Counted from the stretch's first letter, positions 16,918 through 27,090 are shown. The stretch: DNA of 64,000 nt from Chloroflexota bacterium (GCA_040754915.1 JBFMCB010000001.1:4443-68442), one strand, 5' to 3'. The notes: generated by a model from the sequence alone, not told the origin. Translations and numbers: made by a program.

Positions 16918-16939
16918 ATAGGCAAATGCGAGGGGACAT

Positions 16940-17560
16940 ATGAATGAGGGAGCCCTGGTCACCAGGGCGTTGGCCGGTGATCAGCAAGCCTTTGCGGCAT
17001 TGGTGGAAGCCTATCAGACCCCAGTCTACAACCTAAGCTATCGCATGTTAGGCAACGCGGCGGAGGCCGAAGACGCTGCCCAGGAGGCCTTCTTACGTGC
17101 CTATTTGCAACTAAAGACCTACGATCCAGCGAAAAGGTTCTCCACCTGGCTGTTCTCGATAGCCGCTCACTATTGCATCGACCAATTACGACGGCGGCGA
17201 TTCTCGTGGTCCACCCTGGAAAGCCTGGTGGGAAGGGATCGGCAGGACTTTGACGCCCTGGATCCAGAGGCTCGTGCCTTGCACAACGAGGAGGGCCGCG
17301 ACTTGCAGCGGGCACTGATGTTGCTGCCGGAAAGCTATCGCCTGGTACTGATCCTTCGCTACTGGCAAGACCTATCGTATGAGGAGATCATGGCCGTAAC
17401 CAGGCTATCGGAAAGCGCCCTTAAGACCCGCTTGCACCGGGCCAGAGAGATGCTAGCCGATAAAATGCGGGGCGGTCGGGCTACCCCTGCCGTGGCACAA
17501 GGGCTGGTCCAGACGGTCAACCGGAAGGAAGAGGGAGACGGTGTCTTGTCGGGATGTTAG
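16940..17560 (+). CDS. ECF-type RNA polymerase sigma-70 family sigma factor
   Basis: 206 aa; region 2 (AQEAFLRAYLQLKTYDPAKRFSTWLFSIAAHYCIDQLRRRR) and region 4 (LLPESYRLVLILRYWQDLSYEEIMAVTRLSESALKTRLHRAREML). Confidence 0.85.
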   Translation: MNEGALVTRALAGDQQAFAALVEAYQTPVYNLSYRMLGNAAEAEDAAQEAFLRAYLQLKTYDPAKRFSTWLFSIAAHYCIDQLRRRRFSWSTLESLVGRDRQDFDALDPEARALHNEEGRDLQRALMLLPESYRLVLILRYWQDLSYEEIMAVTRLSESALKTRLHRAREMLADKMRGGRATPAVAQGLVQTVNRKEEGDGVLSGC

Positions 17561-18101
17561 CAAACTCATGTCACTGCGACTGGATGGCCTCCTATGCTCG
17601 GAGGACAGCGCGGCCTTAGAGGGCCACCTGACCCGTTGCAGCACCTGTTGGGCGCATTGGCAGAACTGGCAGCATATTGACCGGCGTTTGCGTGAAGTGC
17701 CCTTAGCCACTGCACCCGGTGATTTCGTGCCAGAGGTCATGCGGCGGATCTCCCGGTACCAGGTTTTTCCCGTGCCCGCAGTCAGGGCGCCTGGCTGGGC
17801 CATCCTCGGTGCCAGTGCCCTGGCCGTGGTTTCTTTTGCCGCGTGGGTCATTTTCGCTGCCATCAGCGTTTACTGGCAGATGGACACGGTATGGTACCTG
17901 GGGCTCTGTGCCTTGAAGTCGGCGGGGGTGGCCCTTTCGGTAGTCGATGCACTCACGCTGACCGGTCGGTCACTGCTTTCAAAGTTGCTTGCGCCCACTA
18001 CAGTGGCTGGCCTGGTCAGTCTATCCGGGTTGTCCGTACTGGTTTTGGTAATCTGGTTGAGGCTCGTGACAAAATACTCTACTTGGCGGCGCGTGGCCTA
18101 G
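17541..18101 (+). CDS. membrane-bound anti-sigma factor (zf-HC2 type)
   Basis: GTG start overlapping the sigma stop by 20 nt with SD GAGGGAG; N-terminal zinc-finger-like motif (C..V..L.S..LDGLL......LEGHLTRCSTCWAHW), followed by 3-4 hydrophobic helices. Confidence 0.75.
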   Translation: MSCRDVSKLMSLRLDGLLCSEDSAALEGHLTRCSTCWAHWQNWQHIDRRLREVPLATAPGDFVPEVMRRISRYQVFPVPAVRAPGWAILGASALAVVSFAAWVIFAAISVYWQMDTVWYLGLCALKSAGVALSVVDALTLTGRSLLSKLLAPTTVAGLVSLSGLSVLVLVIWLRLVTKYSTWRRVA

Positions 18102-18128
18102 CCAGCGATTCTATAGGAGGTCCAGGCA

Positions 18129-19169
18129 ATGAAGAGAACCGTGTTTTTGCTCGTGCTCTTAGCGCTTCTTCTGGCTGGCTGTGCCCCTCAGGAGGGGGAC
18201 AGGGTGTTGTTTTCCCAGACCGGAGACGTGGTAGCTTTCGGCCGCGACGTGAATGTGACAGCCAACGAGGTGGTTAATGGCAGCGTGGTGGCCTTTGGCG
18301 GCATGGTCAACGTTCAGGGCAAGGTCTTGCGAGATGTGGTGGCCTTTGGCGGAAACGTCTCGATCTCCGGCGAGGTATACGGTGATGTGGTGGCTTTTGG
18401 CGGAAACGTGCACCTCCAACCCACTGCCGTTCTGCACCAAGACCTGGTGGCTTTCGGTGGGGAGGTGACAAGGGAAGAGGGGGCAAAAGTCCGGGGAAGC
18501 ACGGCATGGCCCCCGGAGTCTGTGACCCGGGTCTGGCCCACACCGCTACCAACAGTGCCTCAGATCAAGCTCGAGCTTCCATTCACCACGCTGTCGACTA
18601 TGGCGGTCTATCGAGGTTGGGAGGCAGTGATTGGCTTCATGTTGGGCTTGATCAAGGGCATTCTCTCCGCCCTGGTGTTGGCGGCCCTGGCTTTCTTGGT
18701 GGCGGCCCTATTCCCAGGGCAGGTCCAGGTGGTGAAGGACACCGCGGTTGCTCAGGCCGTGCCCAGCGCGCTCGTTGGCTTCGCTACCATCTTCCTGGCC
18801 ATGGTCCTGACTATACCGGTGATGCTCTTGACCATTTGTTTATTGGGACTGGGCGCACTGGCGATGTGGGCAGTGGTGGTCATCGCTGGGTTGCTCGGCA
18901 TCACTGCGGTGGGGGCCATGGCCGGAGAGAGTATATTGGTGGCGTTCAAAGTCTCCGGCTTCACTGTGCCGGTAGCGGCTATGGTGGGTGTCCTGGCGAT
19001 TTCGCTGGTGCTTTCGCTGGTGAGCCTGGTGCCCATCGTGAACTGCGTGGGCTGGCTGTTGTGGCTGATCTTCATCACACCGGGCCTGGGTGCTGCCGTG
19101 TTGAGCAAATTCGGCACCGAGCAGCTCCGAGTTCCACCTGGCGAGCCTTCGGTTCAGCCGGGCCAGTGA
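18129..19169 (+). CDS. lipoprotein with repeated (D)VVAFGGxV beta-strand-like repeats and C-terminal polytopic membrane domain
   Basis: Signal peptide plus lipobox (LLLAGC); at least 6 repeats of VVAFGG(N/M/E)V in residues 30-115; C-terminal about 200 aa strongly hydrophobic; third gene of the sigma/anti-sigma locus. Confidence 0.65.
   Translation: MKRTVFLLVLLALLLAGCAPQEGDRVLFSQTGDVVAFGRDVNVTANEVVNGSVVAFGGMVNVQGKVLRDVVAFGGNVSISGEVYGDVVAFGGNVHLQPTAVLHQDLVAFGGEVTREEGAKVRGSTAWPPESVTRVWPTPLPTVPQIKLELPFTTLSTMAVYRGWEAVIGFMLGLIKGILSALVLAALAFLVAALFPGQVQVVKDTAVAQAVPSALVGFATIFLAMVLTIPVMLLTICLLGLGALAMWAVVVIAGLLGITAVGAMAGESILVAFKVSGFTVPVAAMVGVLAISLVLSLVSLVPIVNCVGWLLWLIFITPGLGAAVLSKFGTEQLRVPPGEPSVQPGQ
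18230..18450 (+). repeat. intragenic degenerate tandem repeats (about 30-nt units containing GTGGTGGCCTTTGGCGG) encoding the VVAFGG repeats
   Basis: gtggtagctttcggc / gtggtggcctttggcgg (x3) / ctggtggctttcggtgg visible at roughly 30-nt period. Confidence 0.6.
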
Positions 19170-19181
19170 TGCTCATTCGGT

Positions 19182-20573
19182 TTACAGGCTCACTGTCTCT
19201 CCGCGCTCGGGCACCAGGATATTACGCACCCCCAGTTCCTGTATTCCCTGGGCCAGGGCCCGGGCTGGCCCCTCTTCACCGTGGACCACGTAGACGCCTT
19301 TCAGGCTGTCTTTGGTCCGCGAGATCCACCCCAGCAAATCGTTCCGATCGGCGTGAGCGCTGAAGCCATTGATCGCCTCCACCCTGGCTCTGACCTCATA
19401 CTCCTCGCCGAAGATGCGGACGATCTTCTCCCCATCTATCAGGCGGCGGCCCAGGGTGTTCTCCGCCTGGAAGCTCACGATCAGCACCGTGTTCCGTGGG
19501 TCGCCGACGTTATGAACCAGGTGGTGCCGGATCCGGCCGGCCTCACACATACCTGAGCCGGAGATGATGATGCAGGGCTCTTTGAGGCTGTTGAGGGATT
19601 TTGACTCCTGGGAATCGCGGATGTAATGGAGCTTTTTGAAGCCAAAGGGGTCTTCGTGTCGGGCAATGTACCCGCCGGTCTCCGGGTCAAAGCACTCGGG
19701 GTGCCGGCGAAAGACCTCCGTGGCCTCCAGCGCCAGGGGGCTGTCCACGTAGATCGGCAGGCCTGGCATCTTCCCGGCTTCCCGGAGCGAATGGAGGGTT
19801 AAGACGATTTCCTGGGTACGGCCCACTGAGAAGGCCGGGACCAGGACCTTTCCCCTCCGCTCAAAGGTCTCATTTATCACCCTCTGGAGGTCATCGGCGG
19901 TCTCCTCGATGGAGCCATGAAGGCGGTCCCCGTAGGTGCTCTCGATGATGAGATAGTCCGCGTCCTTCAAAGGCACGGGGTCGCGAATGATCGGCAGGTT
20001 CTTACGACCAAGGTCGCCGGTGAAGGCCAGTCTCACCGTCTTGCGATCCTGGGTGTGCTCCAGCAAAACTATGGCCGAGCCCAGGATGTGGCCGGCATCC
20101 AGGAACGTCAGGCGGCCTGCGTTTCCCAGGTTCACCCACTGGCCGTAGGGCACGCCTTTGAACAGCGGTAGCGCCCGTTCCACGTCGGCAACGGTGTATA
20201 AGGGCTCCACCGGCGGCAGGCCGCCCTTGCTCCTTCGAAAGCTGACGTACTCGGCGTCAGCTTCCTGGATATGCCCGCTATCGCGCAAGACGGCGGTGGC
20301 CAGGTCGGCGGTGGCTGAGGTACACAAGATGTCTTTATCAAACCCCTGGCTCACCAGATTGGGGATGTTGCCGCTGTGATCGATGTGGGCATGAGAGAGG
20401 ATCAAGAGATCTATAGAGTCAGGTCGGAAGGGGAAGCGGGTGTTTCGCTCGATGCTCTCGGCCCGGTGTCCTTGAAACAGCCCGCAATCCAGCAGGATGC
20501 GCTTGTCCGCCGTCTCCAGCAGGTGTATAGAGCCGGTGACTGTTCGGGCAGCACCCCAGAAGGTGATCTTCAT
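19182..20573 (-). CDS. MBL-fold beta-CASP ribonuclease (RNase J family, TTHA0252-like)
   Basis: Start at ATG 20573 (MKITFWGAARTVTGSIHLLETADKRILLDCGLFQG); LILSHAHIDHSGNIP and TYGDRLHGSIEET... match T. thermophilus TTHA0252-type beta-CASP RNases as I recall them. The track's 5' extension (Pro/Arg/Ser-rich) is not coding. Confidence 0.85.
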   Translation of the reverse strand: MKITFWGAARTVTGSIHLLETADKRILLDCGLFQGHRAESIERNTRFPFRPDSIDLLILSHAHIDHSGNIPNLVSQGFDKDILCTSATADLATAVLRDSGHIQEADAEYVSFRRSKGGLPPVEPLYTVADVERALPLFKGVPYGQWVNLGNAGRLTFLDAGHILGSAIVLLEHTQDRKTVRLAFTGDLGRKNLPIIRDPVPLKDADYLIIESTYGDRLHGSIEETADDLQRVINETFERRGKVLVPAFSVGRTQEIVLTLHSLREAGKMPGLPIYVDSPLALEATEVFRRHPECFDPETGGYIARHEDPFGFKKLHYIRDSQESKSLNSLKEPCIIISGSGMCEAGRIRHHLVHNVGDPRNTVLIVSFQAENTLGRRLIDGEKIVRIFGEEYEVRARVEAINGFSAHADRNDLLGWISRTKDSLKGVYVVHGEEGPARALAQGIQELGVRNILVPERGETVSL

Positions 20574-20595
20574 GCCAACACCCCTTTGCAGAATT

Positions 20596-21465
20596 CTATT
20601 GGTGGTTGGATGATCCTGGCTGCGACTCCTGGCTCCAACGGGCCGGGTGGGCATAACAATACAGGCAGGAATGCCAACAGACCTGGGAGTAGGCTCCGAT
20701 GTCGATGCTCTCGGTACAGCCGCACAGCTTACGCTGCCCTCTATCCTTAAGCAACGAGGCCGGCTCGCCACGAGGATGGAGGCTGGCCAGGAGCTGGCCA
20801 TCGATACAGCGCCCCTGGTGGATGTCCTCCAGGCCGAGCGCCTCTTGAGCGCAGATATAAAGCTCCACTTTAAACGGGGCTGCCATTTCCAGGAGGCGAC
20901 GGACTATCTCTCGCCTCTCGCCCGATGGGGGATCATACCACTCCACGCCCCGAGACCGCATTTTCGGGTAGATGGTGGCGAAGGAAAAACGGAAGCGGGT
21001 GACGCCACAGGCTGCGGCGGAGGCGAAGATGTCGTTGGCCAGGTCGACGTTGCTTCGCACCACGTTGCCTTGTTTCCACATCACTATGGGGTCGAAGCGC
21101 ACGCTGACGCGATCGGGGCTGCCGGTCAGGTCTATCAGTTCAGGGAGCTGATTCAAAGCCTGGGAGGGCCTGGGTGCCTGGGGCTCCATCTCGCCTCCCC
21201 CCAGGCCGGTGATGGTGATAAAGGCATAGAGTTGCTCGTAGGGCTGGAGCGCGTCGCGCACGCTGGCCAGGTTGTCCAGCAGAGGGCGGTAGTCCTTGGA
21301 CCAAAGCACCAGGGTGTGCACAGAAGATGGTGAAAGGTCCACCCGGCGTTCTCCGCCGTAGGGCAACGCCACCGTCACCTGGCCTCGCCTCAGGGCCTGG
21401 GCCAGCCAGGGCGAATACCAGCGCGGCACGTCGGTTCGGCGTGAGCAGGAGATGACGTTTTTCAT
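20596..21465 (-). CDS. DUF1848 family protein (putative Fe-S protein)
   Basis: 289 aa; C-terminal Cys cluster (CGCTESIDIGAYSQVCWHSCLYCYA) as described for DUF1848. Confidence 0.7.
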   Translation of the reverse strand: MKNVISCSRRTDVPRWYSPWLAQALRRGQVTVALPYGGERRVDLSPSSVHTLVLWSKDYRPLLDNLASVRDALQPYEQLYAFITITGLGGGEMEPQAPRPSQALNQLPELIDLTGSPDRVSVRFDPIVMWKQGNVVRSNVDLANDIFASAAACGVTRFRFSFATIYPKMRSRGVEWYDPPSGERREIVRRLLEMAAPFKVELYICAQEALGLEDIHQGRCIDGQLLASLHPRGEPASLLKDRGQRKLCGCTESIDIGAYSQVCWHSCLYCYAHPARWSQESQPGSSNHQ

Positions 21466-21648
21466 GACCGTGAATCCAGTATAGCACAGGGCAAAATGGC
21501 GAGCAATAAATCACTCCTTGTTTCCACCAACAAAAGGTGATAAACTACGGGACGTGGCCGCCGTGGACGGCGGGGGCGGGGCGGTACAAAGTCCCCTGCG
21601 GATCCACCTGATGGGCCGATCACTGCGTTTGCTCAGGTGCTGTAACTA

Positions 21649-23058
21649 ATGACTAAAAGCTTTGACGAGGAGGTCAAACAGGCTATGGGCAATTACTTTG
21701 TCGAGCCATTCCGCATCAAAATGGTGGAGCCTATCAAGCTGACCAGCCACCAGGAGCGAGAGAGGCTTTTGATGGAGGCCGGTTATAACCTCTTCCGGTT
21801 AAAGGCGGAGGATGTCTACGTCGACCTCCTCACCGACAGCGGCACCGGAGCCATGAGCGACTACCAGTGGGCGGGGATCATGCAGGGCGATGAGTCCTAC
21901 GCTGGCTGCAAGAACTTCTACCATCTGGATGAGACCATCAAGACCATATTCGGCTTCCAGCATTTCGTGCCCACCCACCAGGGCCGGGCGGCGGAGCATG
22001 TCCTGTTCTCTATTCTGGTGAAGCCGGGGCACGCCGTTCCGTCCAATATGCATTTCGACACCACCCGGGCCAATATTGAGGCGCTGGGCGGTAGGGCGGT
22101 TGACTTGGTCATAGACCAGGCCTACGACCCCCAGGTCCCCTTGCCTTTTAAGGGCAACATTGACCTGGATAAGCTGGAGAACTTCATCGAGCACTGGGGC
22201 GCGGACAAGATCCCCCTGGCCATGCTCACCATCACCAACAACTCCGGCGGGGGCCAGCCCGTCTCTATGGAAAATATATCCGGCATGAGTGCCATTCTCA
22301 AACGGCACAAGATCCCTTTCTTTATCGACGCCTGTCGTCACGCCGAAAACGCCTATTTCATCAAGCAGAGAGCCCCTGGGTACGGCGACAAGACGCCCTT
22401 GCAGATCGCCCAGGAGACATTCTCTTACGCCGACGGATGCACCATGAGCGCTAAGAAAGATGGGCTGGCGAACATCGGGGGCTTCCTGGCCATGAACGAC
22501 GGCGCCCTGTTCGAGAAGGTGTGTCAAAGGCTGATCCTGGTGGAGGGTTATCCTACCTACGGGGGCCTGGCCGGCCGGGACCTGGAGGCCATGGCCAGGG
22601 GTTTAATGGAAGCATTGGACGAGGGCTACCTGGCCTACCGCATTGGGCAGGCCCGTTACCTGGGAGAGTGCCTGCTGGAGGCGGGGGTGCCCATCCTTGA
22701 GCCCATTGGCGGCCATGCGGTCTACCTGGATGCCAGGCGCTTCCTACCGCACCTGCCACAAAGCCAGTTTCCGGCCCAGGCCCTGTCGTTGGAGCTTTAC
22801 CTGGAGGGAGGGGTACGAGCAGTGGAGATCGGCGGGGTGATGTTTGCCAGGAAAGACGAGAAGGGAGAGACCATTTACCCGTCCCTGGAGCTGGTACGGT
22901 TGGCCATTCCGCGGAGGGTGTACACTCAAAGCCATCTGGATTACGTGGTCGAGACCGTCACGCGGGTCTACGAGAGGAGGGCCCAGATCCGTGGCGTGAC
23001 GATCACCCGGGAGCCACCGGCCCTGCGCCATTTCACCGCTCAGTTTGCCTGGGCATAG
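21649..23058 (+). CDS. tnaA: tryptophanase / tyrosine phenol-lyase family PLP-dependent beta-eliminating lyase
   Basis: 469 aa alignable along its whole length to E. coli TnaA and Citrobacter TPL as I recall them ([72 protein letters not shown]). Confidence 0.85.
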   Translation: MTKSFDEEVKQAMGNYFVEPFRIKMVEPIKLTSHQERERLLMEAGYNLFRLKAEDVYVDLLTDSGTGAMSDYQWAGIMQGDESYAGCKNFYHLDETIKTIFGFQHFVPTHQGRAAEHVLFSILVKPGHAVPSNMHFDTTRANIEALGGRAVDLVIDQAYDPQVPLPFKGNIDLDKLENFIEHWGADKIPLAMLTITNNSGGGQPVSMENISGMSAILKRHKIPFFIDACRHAENAYFIKQRAPGYGDKTPLQIAQETFSYADGCTMSAKKDGLANIGGFLAMNDGALFEKVCQRLILVEGYPTYGGLAGRDLEAMARGLMEALDEGYLAYRIGQARYLGECLLEAGVPILEPIGGHAVYLDARRFLPHLPQSQFPAQALSLELYLEGGVRAVEIGGVMFARKDEKGETIYPSLELVRLAIPRRVYTQSHLDYVVETVTRVYERRAQIRGVTITREPPALRHFTAQFAWA

Positions 23059-23065
23059 GCGATGG

Positions 23066-23449
23066 TCAGAGGTCTTCCGGAGACCCCAGATCTGGCTCAG
23101 CCAGGCCCATGGCTCGCTCGACGCTCTCCGGGTCTTCGCCGGCCTCCAGCCGGCCCACCATTTCATCGAATTCGGGGCCCAGATCCTCACCGACCTGTTT
23201 GCTCATCTTCCGGGCCCACCGGGCCACCGATCTGGGATCATTCTCGTCCAGGTCGCCAAGCTGGCTGGGGTCCGCCAGGGCTTCCAACTGGCTTTCCTCG
23301 GAGCGCACCACGGAGAAGCGCGAGATCAGTCGGTTAGCCCGCTCGCTGCCACAGGATGGACAATGAGGGCTCGGCGGGGAGGAGAAGCCCCGGATCAGCA
23401 GGCTGAAACGTTTCTGGCAATTGAGGCAGCGATACTCGTAAATCGGCAT
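23066..23449 (-). CDS. FmdB/CxxC zinc-ribbon family putative regulatory protein
   Basis: MPIYEYRCLNCQKRFSLL...HCPSCGSERANRLIS: the FmdB zinc-ribbon signature; acidic C-terminal tail. Confidence 0.75.
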   Translation of the reverse strand: MPIYEYRCLNCQKRFSLLIRGFSSPPSPHCPSCGSERANRLISRFSVVRSEESQLEALADPSQLGDLDENDPRSVARWARKMSKQVGEDLGPEFDEMVGRLEAGEDPESVERAMGLAEPDLGSPEDL

Positions 23450-23482
23450 GAGTGAAGCCCTCTCTGGCCAGGTACAGTAAAT

Positions 23483-24592
23483 CTAGGAACCCTCGAGCAT
23501 TCTCAATTCCCAAGGGCCTACCCGCCAGCCAGGCGGCCTGGGGTTCTTGCCAGGAGGCGATTTTCCAAGAGGGGCACCGGCTGCCCCTGGTTCACCGGCA
23601 CTGGCAGGAGGTCCCGGATATACCAGGTTCAACTTCTTTACAAAGGTTGGCAGTGAATCGCCCCCATGAATGCGGAGGCGTTGCCACTCATACCGATCAA
23701 GAGCGGAATGGATGGCACCGTAGATGATGGTCACCGCCGCCTGGTAGCCCTGCTCCCTGGTAACGTCGATCACCGTCTGATTGTACTTGCCGGCTGGGTA
23801 TGACAGAAAGCGCACCGGCCTTTTGAGCTGAGCCTCCAGCATTTCCCGGGAGCCTTTCAACTGCCAGGTTATCTGCTCTCGGGAGCTTTTGGTTAGGTCC
23901 CGATGGTTGCGGGTGTGAGACTGGAAATCCATTCCCGTCTGAGCCATCTCCTGGATTTGCTTCCAGGAAAGATACTCGCCCTTCCCGACGAAATCGGTTA
24001 TCACGAAGAAGACGCCTATCAGGCCATGCCTCTTTAGAACGGGCCAGGCGCGGTGATACATTGTGTCGTAGCCATCGTCGAAGGTCAGGATGACCGGCTT
24101 TGGCGGGAGCGAGCGGCCCCGCTCCAGATAGTCAAGTAGGTCTTGTAGGGTCACCGAATGGAAACCGTTATCGGCCAGGTAGGCCATCTGCGACTCGAAG
24201 GCCTCCGGCGAGACGGACAGGTCCTTCCGAATGGCGTCAGCCGAGCCAGCGGGCACGTGGCCCACACGGTGATACATCAGGATCGGCACCACCGCTGACG
24301 GATTAGCCGGCACCTCTTTCCGGGGGCGGAGGTCCCTGGGCCATCGGTCCGGTAGATACACCGGCTCGGCGGTTGGCTCCACAGTCAAAATCGAATCGCC
24401 CATTTCCGGCTCGGGCTTGACGGCAGTTGATTGCGGGGGTGAGGCCATTGGAGAGCCTACCAGCAGTAGTGCCAAGCCGACGACCGCCAGGCTGGCCGGG
24501 CCTGGCAACAATCGGAAATGGTGCTTGGGCAAAACGCTCCTTTCCAACCGGGCGGAAGGGCCAATGATCGCGGGGTATAATAATATAATCAC
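23483..24592 (-). CDS. polysaccharide deacetylase family protein (NodB homology domain), secreted
   Basis: NodB motifs (ILMYHRV, LTFDDGYDTMYHRAWPVLKRHGLIGVFFVITDFV, LSYPAGKYN); signal-like N-terminus; GTG start at 24592 (start uncertain). Confidence 0.75.
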   Translation of the reverse strand: MIILLYPAIIGPSARLERSVLPKHHFRLLPGPASLAVVGLALLLVGSPMASPPQSTAVKPEPEMGDSILTVEPTAEPVYLPDRWPRDLRPRKEVPANPSAVVPILMYHRVGHVPAGSADAIRKDLSVSPEAFESQMAYLADNGFHSVTLQDLLDYLERGRSLPPKPVILTFDDGYDTMYHRAWPVLKRHGLIGVFFVITDFVGKGEYLSWKQIQEMAQTGMDFQSHTRNHRDLTKSSREQITWQLKGSREMLEAQLKRPVRFLSYPAGKYNQTVIDVTREQGYQAAVTIIYGAIHSALDRYEWQRLRIHGGDSLPTFVKKLNLVYPGPPASAGEPGAAGAPLGKSPPGKNPRPPGWRVGPWELRMLEGS

Positions 24593-24640
24593 CCGCGATC
24601 GTCAAGGCATTTCGCTCTTAGACCAGTAAGGAGGCAGAAA

Positions 24641-25615
24641 GTGCGAGCCATTGCATTGGGGGAAAGGCTTGAGGTCCTGGCCGACGTTCCCGTGCCCGAA
24701 AGACCGGCGGGTGAGGCCCTGGTGAGGGTCTCGCTCGCGGGCATCTGCAATACCGACCTGGAGATCATCAAGGGTTACCTGGGGTTTCGGGGGGTGCTGG
24801 GGCACGAATTCGTGGGGCTGGTGCAGGAGGCGGATGACCAAGGGTTAATAGGCGCCCGGGTCGTGGGCGAGATCAACGTCTATTGCGGGCAATGCGAGTA
24901 CTGCGCTGACGGCATGTTCACTCACTGCCTTCGGCGTACGGTCCTGGGAATCCATGGCCGCCACGGTGCCATGGCGGAGTACCTGGTGCTGCCCGAACGC
25001 AACCTGCACCGGGTCCCCGCCTCGGTTACCGATTCGGAGGCGGTTTTCACCGAGCCGCTGGCAGCAGCCCTGGAGATACTGGAGCAAACCCGGGTCAAGC
25101 CGTCCTCTGAGGTCGTAGTCATAGGAGATGGGAAACTGGGACTATTGGTGGCGCAGGTCCTGGCCCTCACCGGAGCCCGGGTGGTAGCCCTGGGCCGGCA
25201 TTCCAACAAGCTGGCCATACTGGCTGAAAGGGGCATCGAGACGCACGGCGAGGGCGACGCTTACGAGCGCAAGGCCGACGTGGTGGTGGAGTGCACCGGC
25301 CACCCCGGGGGCTTCCTGCACGCTCGGAGCCTGGTGAAGCCCAGGGGAACCATCGTTTTGAAGAGCACCTATCATGACACCAGTGAACTGGCTTTGTCGC
25401 CGATGGTGGTGGATGAGGTAAGTCTACTGGGGTCCCGGTGTGGGCCCTTCGCCCCGGCGCTGCGGCTCTTGCAACGCCGGCTCGTAGATGTGGAATCCCT
25501 GATCAGCGCCGTTTATCCGTTGGAGCGTGGGCTGGAGGCGTTCGAGGCGGCCAGGAAGAGGGACAACATCAAGGTACTGCTATCTAACCAGCAGACTGGT
25601 CCATCGCGACTTTAA
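24641..25615 (+). CDS. zinc-dependent alcohol dehydrogenase family (MDR) oxidoreductase
   Basis: GTG start after SD AAGGAGG; GICNTDLEIIKGYLGFRGVLGHEFVGLV, structural zinc CGQCEYCADGMFTHC, Rossmann VVVIGDGKLGLLVAQV. Confidence 0.85.
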   Translation: MRAIALGERLEVLADVPVPERPAGEALVRVSLAGICNTDLEIIKGYLGFRGVLGHEFVGLVQEADDQGLIGARVVGEINVYCGQCEYCADGMFTHCLRRTVLGIHGRHGAMAEYLVLPERNLHRVPASVTDSEAVFTEPLAAALEILEQTRVKPSSEVVVIGDGKLGLLVAQVLALTGARVVALGRHSNKLAILAERGIETHGEGDAYERKADVVVECTGHPGGFLHARSLVKPRGTIVLKSTYHDTSELALSPMVVDEVSLLGSRCGPFAPALRLLQRRLVDVESLISAVYPLERGLEAFEAARKRDNIKVLLSNQQTGPSRL

Positions 25616-26366
25616 GCTGTTGGGAGAGCCGAGCCACCTTAGGCAATGTTCGGCTTACGTCGCCTTTGACCAGCACCGTCGCCCGCGAATCGTAGGTGGT
25701 CCGCCCCCGGTTGAAAATGGCCAGCTTGGCACCGTGAGCCAGGGCAACCCCGGGCAGGTCCGCCGCCGGGGCTACCTCCAGGGAGGAGCCGACGACGATC
25801 ATCAGGTCACAACGCTCTACCATCTCCTGGGCCCGGTAGAAGGGGCCTACCGGCAACATCTCCCCGAAAAGCACCACATTGGGCTTTAGAACCGCGCCGC
25901 AATGGCACCGTGGGACCTGCCCATCACTCAGGAAACCGGCCAGGAAGCTGGCGGCGGGCACCAGGGAGTAGCATCTCAAGCAAGTGGCCTCGCGGAAATT
26001 GCCGTGCAGTTCCAGCACCGTTTTAGAACCGGCCTTTTGGTGCAGGTCGTCGATATTCTGAGTGATTACTCCCCGCAGCATGCCTGACTCCTCCAATTCC
26101 GCCAGGGCCAGATGGGCGGGATTGGGGTGGGCGCGCCAGGCCATCTCAGCCAGCGGTCGGAGCCAATCGTAAAAGGCCTGGGGTTGGCGCTGGAAGGCAT
26201 ACAACGAGGCCACTTCCATGGGGTCGTAATGGGCCCATAGCCCGGAACGGGGCGAACGAAAGTCGGGTATGCCCGAAGGGGTGGAGATGCCGGCCCCGGT
26301 GAGCGCCACCGCATAACTTGACCCGGCGATCAGTTGTGCCGCTCGTCTAAGCTCGCCTGATCTCAA
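25584..26366 (-). CDS. cobB: NAD-dependent protein deacylase, Sir2 family (CobB/sirtuin)
   Basis: 260 aa; GAGISTPSGIPDFRS, QNIDDLHQKAG, zinc-ribbon CLRC...CHCG, VVLFGE and VVGSSLEV motifs of class III/U sirtuins. Confidence 0.85.
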   Translation of the reverse strand: MRSGELRRAAQLIAGSSYAVALTGAGISTPSGIPDFRSPRSGLWAHYDPMEVASLYAFQRQPQAFYDWLRPLAEMAWRAHPNPAHLALAELEESGMLRGVITQNIDDLHQKAGSKTVLELHGNFREATCLRCYSLVPAASFLAGFLSDGQVPRCHCGAVLKPNVVLFGEMLPVGPFYRAQEMVERCDLMIVVGSSLEVAPAADLPGVALAHGAKLAIFNRGRTTYDSRATVLVKGDVSRTLPKVARLSQQLKVAMDQSAG

Positions 26367-26391
26367 TGGCTTTACTCTTGAGTCCCATCTG

Positions 26392-27090
26392 CTATAGTTC
26401 GAATAACGACCTCTGCCTTGGCTTCTCTTCGCCGCGGGCCTCGCCCGCCGCCAGGTGCGCCAAGCGCGTGGTTTCCGGCAGGCGGTTGTTCCGGCAGCAG
26501 GATAGGACGTAGTGAATGGCCGTGGGAAGATCGATCTTATGGCCTATAGAGACGAAGAGAGGGTCGGCGTCCGCTTTGCTGCGGACCACTGCGCCGATCA
26601 CCTCGCCTTGATCGTAAAGCCAGGACCAGGCGCCGGGCTCATTGCCCGGTTCCTGGTGCTCCCCACAGAGGCGGGACTTGGCACATCCAATGGACGGAAG
26701 GTCCAGGAAGACCCCCACGTGCGAAGCGATGCCCAGGCGCCGCGGGTGTGCCAGCCCCTGGCCGTCGAAGATAACCAGGTCCGGTATCACCGCGAGCTTT
26801 TCAAATGCCGCCAATATCGCCGGCGCCTCCCGGAAAGCCAAAAGCCCCGGCACATACGGGAACTGGACCGGCAGCTCAGCGGTGGCCCTCTCCTCCATGG
26901 CCAAATCAGGATAAGAGAGCACCACCACCGCTGCCCGGGCCAGGTTATGCCGAAAGCCGATGTCCACCCCGGCCACCGTTCTCACCGGCCCTAGCACGTT
27001 AACCGCCACGACCTTGTGGCGTAGCCTCTCCTGGATGCTCATTGCCTCCCGTGGAGACACATTCCAGCCGTGAGGGACAACTACTTTCAT
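26392..27090 (-). CDS. nfi: endonuclease V (deoxyinosine 3' endonuclease)
   Basis: 232 aa; GVDIGF, FPYVPGLLAFREAPAILAAFEKL, IFDGQGLAHPRRLGIASHVGV hallmarks of Nfi. Confidence 0.85.
   Translation of the reverse strand: MKVVVPHGWNVSPREAMSIQERLRHKVVAVNVLGPVRTVAGVDIGFRHNLARAAVVVLSYPDLAMEERATAELPVQFPYVPGLLAFREAPAILAAFEKLAVIPDLVIFDGQGLAHPRRLGIASHVGVFLDLPSIGCAKSRLCGEHQEPGNEPGAWSWLYDQGEVIGAVVRSKADADPLFVSIGHKIDLPTAIHYVLSCCRNNRLPETTRLAHLAAGEARGEEKPRQRSLFEL

Noticed and set aside
21496-21540. 14-codon ORF (MASNKSLLVSTNKR*) upstream of the tryptophanase-family gene, considered as a TnaC-like leader peptide
   Set aside because: It has no Trp codon and no C-terminal Pro, which are essential for TnaC-type stalling, and no obvious SD. 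It lies in a divergent promoter region, so it is probably non-coding.
25584-27090. Sir2-domain gene next to endonuclease V, considered as a possible SIR2-based defence system (Thoeris/DSR-like)
   Set aside because: The protein is a compact 260-aa canonical sirtuin/CobB with a zinc ribbon and all deacylase motifs. It has no fused effector, TIR/SLOG or helicase partner. Its neighbours are housekeeping (nfi, ADH).
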